A DNA stretch of 64,000 nucleotides from NCBI GenBank assembly GCA_963664195.1, contig OY760907.1, positions 1,984,001 through 2,048,000 of the forward strand. The letters are read 5' to 3'. The DNA comes from an uncultured candidate division Zixibacteria bacterium. Its GTDB lineage: Bacteria; Zixibacteria; MSB-5A5; GN15; FEB-12. A program made the translations under genes and the position numbers. The notes under the pieces were generated by a model that saw only the letters and a program-made list of their open reading frames with translations, had not been told where the DNA came from and searched no databases. Positions 9,439-18,870 of the stretch are shown here, one piece after another (within the stretch, counting starts at the first letter, position 1; each line of letters begins with the position of its first letter).

Positions 9439-11253
9439 ATGGAGCGATACCAACTCTCACTCAGCAGCCGGGAGCGAATCAGTGTACTGATTGTCATCCT
9501 CGCGGTTGTTTTCCTTTCCGGAGGATTACTGAAGCTCCAGGTTCTTGACCACGCCGAACTCGCCGAACAATCCGAGAACAACCGCATTCGAGTGGTGCCG
9601 ATTGAACCCCGCCGCGGACGCGTTTACGATCGTAACGGCCGGGTGATTATCGACAACCGCCCCTCCTACACGGTTTCTGTTGTCCGCGCCGAAGAAGTCG
9701 ATGGTGTCACGCTCCAGAATCTGTCCCGCCTGATCGGCATAGACACACTCCAGATTCGCAAGCGTATTCGCAAGAACATGGTTAGCCCGTATCAGCCGGC
9801 ACCGGTCAAGAAGGATATTCCCTTTGAAGTCGTCGCGCAACTGGAGGAACAGTACGAGAAGTTCCCCGGCGTGTCCTACCAGATGGAGCGCGTCCGTCAG
9901 TACGGGGACAGCCTCGGAGCGGAATCATATTCCGGCTATGTCGGCGAGGTCTCCCGCGATCAGCTCAAAGAAGGTGCCCAAACCGACCTTAGGCTTGGCA
10001 GCATGATTGGCAAGAAAGGTCTGGAGAAGCAATACGATCAGCTTTTGAGAGGGAGAGAAGGAACCGAATACCTGGAAGTGTTTGCCTCCGGCCAGATTCG
10101 CGGTTCGTACGAAGGCCGTGAGAAAATCGGGGCCGCACCCGGGTCAGACATCACCCTCTCGATTGATTTCGACCTGCAGAAGGCTTGCACCGAAGTGCTC
10201 GATACGTTCTGTTGCGGCGCGATTGTGGCCATGGACCCCCGCACCGGCGAACTGTTGGCAATGACCTCGTATCCTAGCTACGATGCGAATATCTTCTCAT
10301 CGGTCATTCCTGAAAGCACGTGGCAGGCTATAGCAAGTGACACCAACCATCCGTTGCTGAACCGTCCGCTGACCGGTCAGTACCCGCCCGGATCGACAGT
10401 CAAGTTTATTACCGTTGGTGCCGGGCTTGAGGAAAAACTTATCACCCCGAACAGCACCTTCAGGCCTTGTCTCGGTGGCTTCAAATTCGGCAACCGTGTT
10501 TTTCACTGCTGGGATCTGGGCGGTCACGGTGCACTAAATGCCGTTCACGCGCTGGAGCGATCCTGCGACATCTACATGTATCAGCTCGGGCTGAAACTGG
10601 GAGTTAATACGCTCAGCGAGTACTTCGGCAAGTGCGGTTTCGGTCGCAAGACCGGGATTGATTTGCCCACCGAAGTCGCCGGGCTTAACCCCAACAGCGC
10701 CTATTATGACGAGCGTTACGGCAAGAACAAATGGACAAAGGCGCTCGTTCTGAACAACTCTATCGGACAGGGGGAGCTTCTTACGACGCCGCTCCAGCTT
10801 GCGCAGTTCTATTGCGGTATGGCCAACCACGGCGTGGTGTACCGTCCGCATGTGGTGACACGAATCGAGCACCACAATGGTCACGTTGTTACCATCCTGC
10901 CGGAGAAGTCCTTTGATCTTCCTTTTTCGCAGGCAACGCTCGCCCTCCTCAACGAGGGCCTCCGGCTGGTTGTCGAGGGCGAACACGGCACGGCTCGCCG
11001 GCTCAAGAACAGCCTGTATTCCGTTGGCGGCAAAACCGGTACCGCGCAGAACCCGCACGGCCTGGAGCACTCATGGTTCGTTGGCGTGGCGCCGCTTGAG
11101 AACCCGGAAATCGTGGTCGCTTGCATAATTGAAAACGCCGGCCACGGATCAGAAGTCGCCGCGCCGGTGGTGGGACACGTTATCCGGAGCTATATGACAA
11201 AACGCCTGGCGCAGGACTCGGTGGTGATGGCGGAAAAAGAGGAAGGTCAGTAA
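9439..11253 (+). CDS. mrdA: Penicillin-binding protein 2
   Basis: RRGRVYDRNG, SxxK (STVK), SCD, KTGTAQ; upstream of rodA. Confidence 0.95.
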   Translation: MERYQLSLSSRERISVLIVILAVVFLSGGLLKLQVLDHAELAEQSENNRIRVVPIEPRRGRVYDRNGRVIIDNRPSYTVSVVRAEEVDGVTLQNLSRLIGIDTLQIRKRIRKNMVSPYQPAPVKKDIPFEVVAQLEEQYEKFPGVSYQMERVRQYGDSLGAESYSGYVGEVSRDQLKEGAQTDLRLGSMIGKKGLEKQYDQLLRGREGTEYLEVFASGQIRGSYEGREKIGAAPGSDITLSIDFDLQKACTEVLDTFCCGAIVAMDPRTGELLAMTSYPSYDANIFSSVIPESTWQAIASDTNHPLLNRPLTGQYPPGSTVKFITVGAGLEEKLITPNSTFRPCLGGFKFGNRVFHCWDLGGHGALNAVHALERSCDIYMYQLGLKLGVNTLSEYFGKCGFGRKTGIDLPTEVAGLNPNSAYYDERYGKNKWTKALVLNNSIGQGELLTTPLQLAQFYCGMANHGVVYRPHVVTRIEHHNGHVVTILPEKSFDLPFSQATLALLNEGLRLVVEGEHGTARRLKNSLYSVGGKTGTAQNPHGLEHSWFVGVAPLENPEIVVACIIENAGHGSEVAAPVVGHVIRSYMTKRLAQDSVVMAEKEEGQ

Positions 11254-12473
11254 TGCTGGACTACAAAGACCTCGACTGGAAACTGATTGCCGCCGCATTG
11301 CTTCTTTCACTCATAGGCGTGGTGTTGATTATGTCCGCCCAGTATCATGCCGAGTCGGAGTTTCGCCAGACGTTCTATTTGAGACAGTTACTCTGGCTGG
11401 TCTTTGCCCTGGTTGCCTTTGCTATTGTCATACATCTGCCGCTCCGATTGTTCGACCTCGGTGCCTATTTGCTGTATTTTGTGGCGTTGGCATTGCTGGT
11501 ACTTGTGCTGGTTGTGGGATCATCGAAGCTTGGCGATGCCCGTCGCTTTTTCAATTTCGGCCCCATCAATCTCGCCCCTTCGGATATCGCCAAGATAGCC
11601 GTGCTGCTGGCGATGAGTCGATTTCTGGCATATACCAAACTGGCGGTAAGTTCTAAACGACGGCTGGCGATAACGGGTCTGATGGTTGCTGTACCGGCAA
11701 CGCTCATTCTCAAGCAGCCGGATCTGGGCACCTCGCTCGTCTTCTTCGTACTGCTGTTCGTGCTCTGGTTCTGGGCCGGACTTTCACCGGGCTACCTCTT
11801 TTTGATTGTGTCGCCGCTGGTCTCTCTTGTGGCCGCGTCCCACTGGTTATCCTGGGCGATTTACTTCGCGGTGTTGATAACGATCATCGGGTTAGTCCGA
11901 CCCGGCATGCTTATGGGGATCATCACCGTTGCCATGAATCTCGCCTCGGGGATTATTACGCCGTTCTTCTGGAATCGCCTTCAGGATTATCAGAAACTGA
12001 GAATACTGACATTCCTTGATCCCGGACGTGACCCGCGCGGAGCCGGTTACCAGATCATTCAATCAAAAATCTCAATCGGGTCAGGAGGGATATTCGGCAA
12101 AGGCTTCCTCGGAGGGTCGCAAACGCGGCTTGAGTTCCTGCCTGAACGGCACACGGATTTTGTCTTTTCAGTGCTGGGCGAGGAGTTCGGATTGTGGGGG
12201 GCCATGCTGGTAATATTGTTGTTTGGATTCATTTTTTATCGAGCAATCCGCATTGCCGTCCAGTGTCGCTCACGATTCGCTTCCAATGTAGTGATGGGGG
12301 CAGCGTCAATCCTGTTGTTCCAGTTTGTTATCAACATAGGTATGACACTCGGTTTTATGCCGGTTACGGGACTTGCGCTGCCGCTGCTCAGCTATGGAGG
12401 CACTGCCCTTGTGCTGGCGTGGACACTTCTCGGTCTGATAGTCTCGGCCGGGTATCGCTGGCAGGAATACTAA
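11253..12473 (+). CDS. rodA: Rod shape-determining protein RodA (SEDS)
   Basis: KQPDLGT, GAGYQIIQSKISIGSGG, FLPERHTDF, PLLSYGG. Confidence 0.95.
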   Translation: MLDYKDLDWKLIAAALLLSLIGVVLIMSAQYHAESEFRQTFYLRQLLWLVFALVAFAIVIHLPLRLFDLGAYLLYFVALALLVLVLVVGSSKLGDARRFFNFGPINLAPSDIAKIAVLLAMSRFLAYTKLAVSSKRRLAITGLMVAVPATLILKQPDLGTSLVFFVLLFVLWFWAGLSPGYLFLIVSPLVSLVAASHWLSWAIYFAVLITIIGLVRPGMLMGIITVAMNLASGIITPFFWNRLQDYQKLRILTFLDPGRDPRGAGYQIIQSKISIGSGGIFGKGFLGGSQTRLEFLPERHTDFVFSVLGEEFGLWGAMLVILLFGFIFYRAIRIAVQCRSRFASNVVMGAASILLFQFVINIGMTLGFMPVTGLALPLLSYGGTALVLAWTLLGLIVSAGYRWQEY

Positions 12474-12490
12474 CGAAGGGATTTCGAACT

Positions 12491-14065
12491 TTGCGAATTC
12501 AGTCTGTTCTCTTAATCGTGTCGCTAGTGCTTCTGTTTGCCGTTGATCCCGTCTGCGGGTTCAATCTTGATTCTCTTCTGGTGAAATCCGTCGGGGGGGA
12601 GGCAGGTGTTGAGCGAATCAAAACGCTCTCGACCATGCACGCAAAATGCGACGCCGTACTCAACGGTATGGCCGGCACCGCCGATGTTTATCTGGCCATG
12701 CCGGACAAGATGTATCTCGAACTGCAGCTCGGCCCTTACCGATTGTGGCAGGCATTCGATGGGGAGACCGCGTGGGCACGCGATCACAATGGAGCCATCA
12801 GCGAGATCACCGGTTACCAGAAACAGGAACTGCTTACCCAGGTATGGTTCCAATCGTTTTCGTTCCTCTTTGATGATCGTCTTCCGGGCGGCAGCGAGTA
12901 TCTGGGAGAGGAGGAACGCGACGGCATGCGCTGCCACAAGGTCGCCTTCTATCCGTTCGATGCAGACACGGTATACGGCTATTTCGATTGTGAAACCGGC
13001 CTGCAGATGCTTAGCGTCAGTTATATGGACAACCTGGAGACCGTCACTACCAGCGAGGATTATCGCACGGTAGAGGGAATTGCCATGTCTTACTACTCGG
13101 CCTCCACCGCTGCCGGAGCGCCGATCAGCACTGAGTTTACGATCAAGGAACTGACCCTCGACGCCGAGTTTGACCATACAATGTTCTCTCGCCCCTCGAC
13201 AGAGGTGGACGACTTTCACTTTCCCGGGGGGTATGATTCGGTTACGGTCTCATTTGACTATTCAAACGGTCATATTTACGTACCTGTTACGGTAAACGGC
13301 AAAACGAAACTGCGACTGATTCTCGATTCGGGCGCGTCGGCAAATATCTTTCACGCTCCGGTTGTCGAGTCGCTGCAATTGCCGGTCGTGGCCAAGTTGC
13401 CGGCCAAAGGTATAGGCGGTTACCAGGAAATCGACTTCGTGCAGACCGATTCGCTGACAATCGGCGACCTTAAGCTGTACTCCCAGGTTGCTGGCGTGAT
13501 GAACATGCCGCCGATTGGGGTTTCGCCGGTGGCGGACGAACCTTTTGGCGGGGTGTTGGGATACGACTTCCTGTCACGTTTCCCGATCTTGATTGACTAC
13601 CAGGAGAAAACGCTCACGGTGTACAATCCTGAGAGCTTTGTCCTTCCCACAGGGGGGCACTCGATTGATTTCAGACTGACCATGCAAGTGCCTACCATCG
13701 TTGCGCAACTGGCCGGAATTAAGGGAGATTTCATAGTCGATCTTGGCAATGCTTTCTGCCTCATAGTGCACAGCGATTTTAGCAAGACCAACGAATTGGA
13801 GTCCAGACTTGAGGATGTTCGGGATGTATCTGGTGCGGTTGGTGGAATCGGGGGAGGAGTGAAGACCCTCTCGGCGGTGGCCGGGAGTTTTGTGTTTGGA
13901 GATATTTCCCTGGCCGGTGTCGAAGTTGTACTGCCCGATGCTTCGGCGGGTCTGTCCGGGTCCTCGGCCCTGGCCGGCAACATCGGCAACAGGCTCATGG
14001 AGCGGTTTCGTGTGTTGTTCGACTATCGGGCGAGCAGCGTGACCTTTTTTGAGGTCGGTAATTAG
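12491..14065 (+). CDS. Secreted retropepsin-like (clan AA) aspartyl protease with two protease domains and an N-terminal LolA-like region
   Basis: Signal peptide; ILDSGA, GVLGYDFL, second domain IVDLGN and GNIGN; probable TTG start. Confidence 0.8.
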   Translation: MRIQSVLLIVSLVLLFAVDPVCGFNLDSLLVKSVGGEAGVERIKTLSTMHAKCDAVLNGMAGTADVYLAMPDKMYLELQLGPYRLWQAFDGETAWARDHNGAISEITGYQKQELLTQVWFQSFSFLFDDRLPGGSEYLGEEERDGMRCHKVAFYPFDADTVYGYFDCETGLQMLSVSYMDNLETVTTSEDYRTVEGIAMSYYSASTAAGAPISTEFTIKELTLDAEFDHTMFSRPSTEVDDFHFPGGYDSVTVSFDYSNGHIYVPVTVNGKTKLRLILDSGASANIFHAPVVESLQLPVVAKLPAKGIGGYQEIDFVQTDSLTIGDLKLYSQVAGVMNMPPIGVSPVADEPFGGVLGYDFLSRFPILIDYQEKTLTVYNPESFVLPTGGHSIDFRLTMQVPTIVAQLAGIKGDFIVDLGNAFCLIVHSDFSKTNELESRLEDVRDVSGAVGGIGGGVKTLSAVAGSFVFGDISLAGVEVVLPDASAGLSGSSALAGNIGNRLMERFRVLFDYRASSVTFFEVGN

Positions 14066-14067
14066 CC

Positions 14068-14097
14068 TTGACCCGGTTTGTTAAGAAACGGTATATT
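14068..14097 (+). promoter_or_regulatory. Sigma70-type promoter for the OMP-gap-pgk region
   Basis: TTGACC-18 nt-TATATT. Confidence 0.55.
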
Positions 14098-14182
14098 GAC
14101 TCGCATAATCGAGGGCACAATAGGCGTTGAGACCGGTTTCAGGGAGTAGTAGATCAACCGAGTTTCGGAACGGACAGTCCTT

Positions 14183-14938
14183 ATGAAGAAGCGTCAGCAG
14201 GATACAGGCCACGCAATCGCAGGCCGCGCATTCGTCGCGGCCTTGATCACTCTCACCATCTGTCTAACTTCCGCTCTCACGGCGTCGGCTCAGGGGCGGA
14301 GCGACGACTTGACGACAGTCGAACATTACTACAACAAACATCAGCTTGGTGTCCGTCTTGGCGGTTGGGCCAATCTTGGCGACAGTCCCATCGACAGTGT
14401 CGGGGTTGACGAAAACGCGTTCTATATCGCGGATATCGCCGATGCCAATTTCTATCTCGAGGCATACGCAGGCTACCGGTTCGGTCGTGCCTTGATCGGC
14501 GAATTCTCGGTGGGAATCGTTAGTCGCGGTGACCTGACGTTTCGCGATACGTTCAGTCGTGAAACATTTTTCGGCAGCCTGCTGGTCTACCCGATTCTCG
14601 CAAAAGCGAAGATCTTTCCTATGGGCGGGATCTCGGGGAAACTCCATCCCTACCTGATGGTCGGTGGTGGCGCGTATTATGCCCGACATGATGTCCAGAT
14701 TGTCACTAGCAGCGGGTATGTCTATAGAGACTTCCAGGAGGCATCAAAGACCAAGTTCAGCTATGTGGTCGGGGGCGGGTTCGACTGGCCACTTGCCTCG
14801 ATGTTGGCGCTGGATTTCAATGCACAGTACATGCCGATAGATTTCTCTGAGCAGTTTATCTCCATTCAGGACTACAGTTCCGTGACGATAACTGCAGGTA
14901 TAAAGTACTTGTTTGCGACGAAAACACAGAAACGATAA
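14183..14938 (+). CDS. Outer membrane beta-barrel protein (OmpW/OMP_b-brl-like)
   Basis: Signal peptide, HPYLMVGGG, GGGFDW, terminal strand TAGIKYLF. Confidence 0.75.
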   Translation: MKKRQQDTGHAIAGRAFVAALITLTICLTSALTASAQGRSDDLTTVEHYYNKHQLGVRLGGWANLGDSPIDSVGVDENAFYIADIADANFYLEAYAGYRFGRALIGEFSVGIVSRGDLTFRDTFSRETFFGSLLVYPILAKAKIFPMGGISGKLHPYLMVGGGAYYARHDVQIVTSSGYVYRDFQEASKTKFSYVVGGGFDWPLASMLALDFNAQYMPIDFSEQFISIQDYSSVTITAGIKYLFATKTQKR

Positions 14939-14954
14939 TAGCTAGCGGGAGGCG

Positions 14955-15944
14955 ATGATGAAAGTTGGCATTAATGGATTTGGAAGGATTGGGCGTCTGG
15001 TACTGAAGGCCAGTTGGGACACGGATATGGAAATCGTTGGCGTCAATGATATCACCGATGCCAAGACGCTTGCTCACCTGCTCAAGTATGACTCGGTGCA
15101 CGGTAAGTTTCCCGGTGAAGTCGGTGTCGACGGCGACACATTGATAATAGACGGCAAAAAGATCCCGGTTTGCTCCGAGCGCGACCCCGGCAAACTGCCG
15201 TGGAAGAAACTGGGCGCGGAAGTTGTCCTCGAGTGCACCGGCCTCTTCCGGACAAGAGAGACCGCCGGCAAGCATATCGACGCCGGGGCGAAAAAGGTCC
15301 TCGTGTCTGCGCCGGCCAAGGGAGGTGATGGCACGTACATCCTCGGTGTCAACTCGCACCTGTATGACAAGTCCAAGCATGACATCGTTTCTATTGGGTC
15401 CTGCACTACCAATTGCCTGGCTCCGGTTATCAAAGTGTTGATGGATAACTTTGGAATACAACAGGGTTTCATGACGACCATCCATGCCTACACTGCCGAT
15501 CAGCGTTTGCAGGACGCTCCGCACAAAGACCTTCGTCGCGCCCGTGCTGCTGCGCTTTCGATGGTGCCGACAACCACGGGTGCCGCCAAAGCGATTTCGC
15601 AGGTGATTCCGGAGATGGAAGGCAAGCTCGACGGTTGTGCCATTCGAGTACCAACTCCGGACGGTTCCATGGTTGATCTTGCCGCGATTCTTGAGAAGGA
15701 AGCAACGGTCGATCAAATCAACGCCGCAATGAAGAAAGCTGCCGAGTCCGGCCCGCTTTCCAGGACGCTTGATTATTGTGAGGACCCTATCGTATCTATC
15801 GATGTCGTGGGCAACCCGCACGGTTCCGTGTTTGACTCGGCGATGACGATGGCGCAGGGCAAGATGATCAAAGTGTTTTCCTGGTATGACAATGAATGGG
15901 GATTCTCAAGCCGCATGGTAGACATGATGCAAATGATGCTCTAG
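14955..15944 (+). CDS. gap: Glyceraldehyde-3-phosphate dehydrogenase type I
   Basis: GINGFGRIGR, SCTTNCL, RVPT, WYDNEWG. Confidence 0.98.
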   Translation: MMKVGINGFGRIGRLVLKASWDTDMEIVGVNDITDAKTLAHLLKYDSVHGKFPGEVGVDGDTLIIDGKKIPVCSERDPGKLPWKKLGAEVVLECTGLFRTRETAGKHIDAGAKKVLVSAPAKGGDGTYILGVNSHLYDKSKHDIVSIGSCTTNCLAPVIKVLMDNFGIQQGFMTTIHAYTADQRLQDAPHKDLRRARAAALSMVPTTTGAAKAISQVIPEMEGKLDGCAIRVPTPDGSMVDLAAILEKEATVDQINAAMKKAAESGPLSRTLDYCEDPIVSIDVVGNPHGSVFDSAMTMAQGKMIKVFSWYDNEWGFSSRMVDMMQMML

Positions 15945-15965
15945 TAGTGACGAGGGATCATAGAG

Positions 15966-17180
15966 ATGAACAAGGTTACAGTTTCCGATATCAACTTCCG
16001 GGGCCGCAAAGCTCTGCTGCGCGTTGATTTCAACGTGCCCCAGGATGCCGATCAACGGATAACCGACGATCGGCGGATTCGCGGTGCTCTTCATACGATC
16101 CGGAAGATCCTCAACGATGGTGGTATGGTAATTGCCTGCTCGCATCTTGGGAGACCGGGGGGAGTTCCCGACCCGAAACTATCCCTTCGCCCCGTAGCCA
16201 ATCGACTAGCTGCTTTGCTCGGGCAGGAGGTGCAGTTCGCAGAGGATTGTGTGGGACCGGAAGCATCCAACATCGTTATGAGAATGAAGCCGGGCGATGT
16301 TCTGCTGTTGGAGAATTTGCGTTTTCATCCGGAAGAGAAAGCGAATGACGATCATTTCGCCAAGCGACTCGCTTTTCTCGGCGATATTTACGTCAACGAC
16401 GCCTTCGGTACCGCCCATCGCGCCCACGCCTCTACTCAGGGGGTGACGAAGTACTTCAACCAGTCGGTGGCCGGATTCCTGATGGAAAAGGAGTTGGCCT
16501 ACCTTGGGCGCGCCGTGGACAATCCCGAACGACCGTTTGCGGCTATCATCGGCGGAGCAAAAATATCCGGTAAGATTGCCGTTGTGCGGAAACTGATGGA
16601 CAAACTGGATATCCTTGTCATCGGTGGCGGTATGGCGTTCACTTTCGCGAAGGCGATGGGGTATGCCATCGGCGACTCATTGCTTGAGGAAGACCGAATA
16701 GAACTCGCCAGGGAGATTATCGATATTTCCGAACGCAAGAAGCTCAGGCTGGTTTTCCCGACCGATGCTGTCGTCGCGACCGAGATTTCTGATGACGCAG
16801 TGACCCAAATCGTGCCGATTCAGTCCATTCCGGACGGCATGATGGGGCTGGACATCGGTCCCGATTCCATCAAGCTGTTCTCAGAGGAACTCTCCAGGGC
16901 GCGGACTATTGTCTGGAACGGCCCGATGGGCGTGTTTGAATCCAATCCGTTTGCCGCGGGTACCCTGGCTATAGCAAAACTGATGGCCGATCTAACCAGT
17001 GCCGGCACGACCACAATTGTTGGCGGCGGCGATTCTGCGGCAGCGGTGGCTCAGGCCGGTGTTGAAGATCAGATGAGTCATGTCTCCACAGGTGGAGGAG
17101 CCTCGCTTCAACTGCTCGAAGGCAAAAGCCTGCCCGGAATAGAAGCACTGACAGACTCCATTCCGGTCAAGGCTAAATAG
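15966..17180 (+). CDS. pgk: Phosphoglycerate kinase
   Basis: RVDFNVP, SHLGRP, LLENLRF, NDAFGTAHRAH, STGGGASL. Confidence 0.98.
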   Translation: MNKVTVSDINFRGRKALLRVDFNVPQDADQRITDDRRIRGALHTIRKILNDGGMVIACSHLGRPGGVPDPKLSLRPVANRLAALLGQEVQFAEDCVGPEASNIVMRMKPGDVLLLENLRFHPEEKANDDHFAKRLAFLGDIYVNDAFGTAHRAHASTQGVTKYFNQSVAGFLMEKELAYLGRAVDNPERPFAAIIGGAKISGKIAVVRKLMDKLDILVIGGGMAFTFAKAMGYAIGDSLLEEDRIELAREIIDISERKKLRLVFPTDAVVATEISDDAVTQIVPIQSIPDGMMGLDIGPDSIKLFSEELSRARTIVWNGPMGVFESNPFAAGTLAIAKLMADLTSAGTTTIVGGGDSAAAVAQAGVEDQMSHVSTGGGASLQLLEGKSLPGIEALTDSIPVKAK

Positions 17181-17224
17181 CTGTGGACGGTGTCGGAGGC
17201 ACTGTCTGGTTTGAGCGATAACGT

Positions 17225-17256
17225 GCACGTGCGGACCTTCAGGTTCGCACGTGTTT
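17225..17256 (+). terminator. Intergenic stem-loop between pgk and tpiA
   Basis: GCACGTGCGGACC-TTCA-GGTTCGCACGTGT followed by a short T run. Confidence 0.5.
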
Positions 17257-17295
17257 GCTATGACAGGTACAATCAGATCGTGAGGAAAACCGCTT

Positions 17296-18045
17296 ATGCG
17301 CAAGATTCTGATAGCCGGTAACTGGAAACTAAACGGTACGATTGCCGAGACCGAAACGCTGATAAAAGCACTTCTGGCCGGGAGTTGGGATACAAAGAAA
17401 GCGTCAATGTTGGTGTGTCCGCCCTTCGTTTCGCTCCATTCTGCGTCTAAGCTACTGAGAGGCAGCAGTATAGCGCTCGGCGCTCAGGAAATGTCTGAGC
17501 ACGATAAAGGTGCGTATACAGGTGAGATCTCCGCAGAGATGCTCTTGACAGTTGGGGCCTCCTTTGTTATCTTGGGCCACTCTGAGCGAAGGCAATACCA
17601 TGCCGAAAGTGACGAGCAGGTAAACGCCAAAGCGAAGAAAGCCCTCTCTTCAGGTCTCACCCCAATCATTTGTGTCGGGGAAACGTTGGAAGAGCGGGAG
17701 GCCGATCGAACCGAGGATGTTATAGGCACTCAAGTGACCGGTACGCTTGCGGGATTGTCGGCCGATGAACTTAAGAAGATCGTGATTGCTTATGAGCCTG
17801 TGTGGGCCATAGGCACCGGCAGAACCGCGACGCCGGAAATGGCTGAGGCGGTTCATAGTTTTATCAGGCAGCAGCTTGTTGAAAAAGACAAGGAGGCTGC
17901 CGAGACGGTCCTGATCCTCTACGGTGGATCGGTGAAACCGGACAACGCCGCCGGGTTATTGTCTAAGCCGAATATCGATGGTGCTCTCGTTGGAGGGGCC
18001 TCGCTGAAGGCGGATGATTTCCTGGGGATCATTAAAGCAGTTTGA
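17296..18045 (+). CDS. tpiA: Triosephosphate isomerase
   Basis: AGNWK, GHSERR, AYEPVWAIGTG, YGGSV, LVGGASL. Confidence 0.98.
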   Translation: MRKILIAGNWKLNGTIAETETLIKALLAGSWDTKKASMLVCPPFVSLHSASKLLRGSSIALGAQEMSEHDKGAYTGEISAEMLLTVGASFVILGHSERRQYHAESDEQVNAKAKKALSSGLTPIICVGETLEEREADRTEDVIGTQVTGTLAGLSADELKKIVIAYEPVWAIGTGRTATPEMAEAVHSFIRQQLVEKDKEAAETVLILYGGSVKPDNAAGLLSKPNIDGALVGGASLKADDFLGIIKAV

Positions 18046-18059
18046 CGGAGGTTAGCCAG

Positions 18060-18503
18060 TTGTTTATTCCGTGGGTGATTTTTCACATACTCGTCTGTGT
18101 TGGTCTGATTCTTGTCGTTCTGATGCAATCGGCCAAGGGCGAAGGACTGGCGGGCGGCACCGCTTTTGGCGGCGGCATGTCCGGAGCGGTCTTCGGCGGA
18201 CGAGGAGCCGCGACTTTCCTTTCCAAGGCGACCACCGTCCTGGCTGTCCTCTTCATGATCAACTGTGTTGGTCTGGCATATCTGTCCGCCGAGCGGAGTG
18301 GTATCAGCATGGGTGAGGCTCCGTCCGATTCGGCCATCACGCGACAGGCGACTGCCGAACGTGAACAGGCCCTCCAGCGTCAGGCCGAGCAGGCCGAGGC
18401 CGCCGGTGTGGATACGACCGGTGTGCAGGGTGGCAACGCGCCGGTTCAGGTCGTGCCGATTGAGCAGACCGAAACTCCGGCTGGGGAACCTTCGGGTAAC
18501 TAG
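18060..18503 (+). CDS. secG: Preprotein translocase subunit SecG
   Basis: LVVLMQSAKGEGL...FGGRGAATFLSKAT; after tpiA; TTG start after GGAGG. Confidence 0.93.
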   Translation: MFIPWVIFHILVCVGLILVVLMQSAKGEGLAGGTAFGGGMSGAVFGGRGAATFLSKATTVLAVLFMINCVGLAYLSAERSGISMGEAPSDSAITRQATAEREQALQRQAEQAEAAGVDTTGVQGGNAPVQVVPIEQTETPAGEPSGN

Positions 18504-18531
18504 CGGCTCTGCCGTTCACAAAGATAACCTT

Positions 18532-18613
18532 GCGGAAGTGGTGGAACAGGTAGACACGCTATCTTGAGGGGGTAGTGGAGCGATCCGTGCGGGTTCAAGT
18601 CCCGCCTTCCGCA
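18532..18613 (+). tRNA. tRNA-Leu (GAG)
   Basis: GCGGAAG/CTTCCGC acceptor stem, anticodon arm CTATC-TTGAGGG-GGTAG, long variable arm, GGTTCAAGTCC T-loop; CCA not encoded. Confidence 0.96.
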
Positions 18614-18620
18614 TAAGTTC

Positions 18621-18654
18621 AGCCCTCCGGACCTTACAGTCCGGAGGGCTTTTC
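18621..18654 (+). terminator. Rho-independent terminator after the tRNA
   Basis: AGCCCTCCGGAC...GTCCGGAGGGCT followed by TTT. Confidence 0.85.
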
Positions 18655-18744
18655 TGTGCGGGCAATTCGATTCAAGTATGTTCTCCTATCCAGTCGCGCA
18701 CGGCCCAACCAAGAAAAGTCTTGCATGGGAGACATTCGGAGCTA

Positions 18745-18753
18745 TGTTATAAT
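18745..18753 (+). promoter_or_regulatory. Extended -10 promoter upstream of the C1A peptidase gene
   Basis: TGnTATAAT, with TTGCAT at 18721. Confidence 0.55.
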
Positions 18754-18870
18754 CGTAGAGGAGCCGGAGCGCGCGTATCGGCATGGCACCCGTGTAGCGT
18801 GTCAAGATACTGTTCGGTCGTGTCTCTTGTGAAAGCATGGAACTCAAAATCGATGGGAGTGTAAGGTGTC

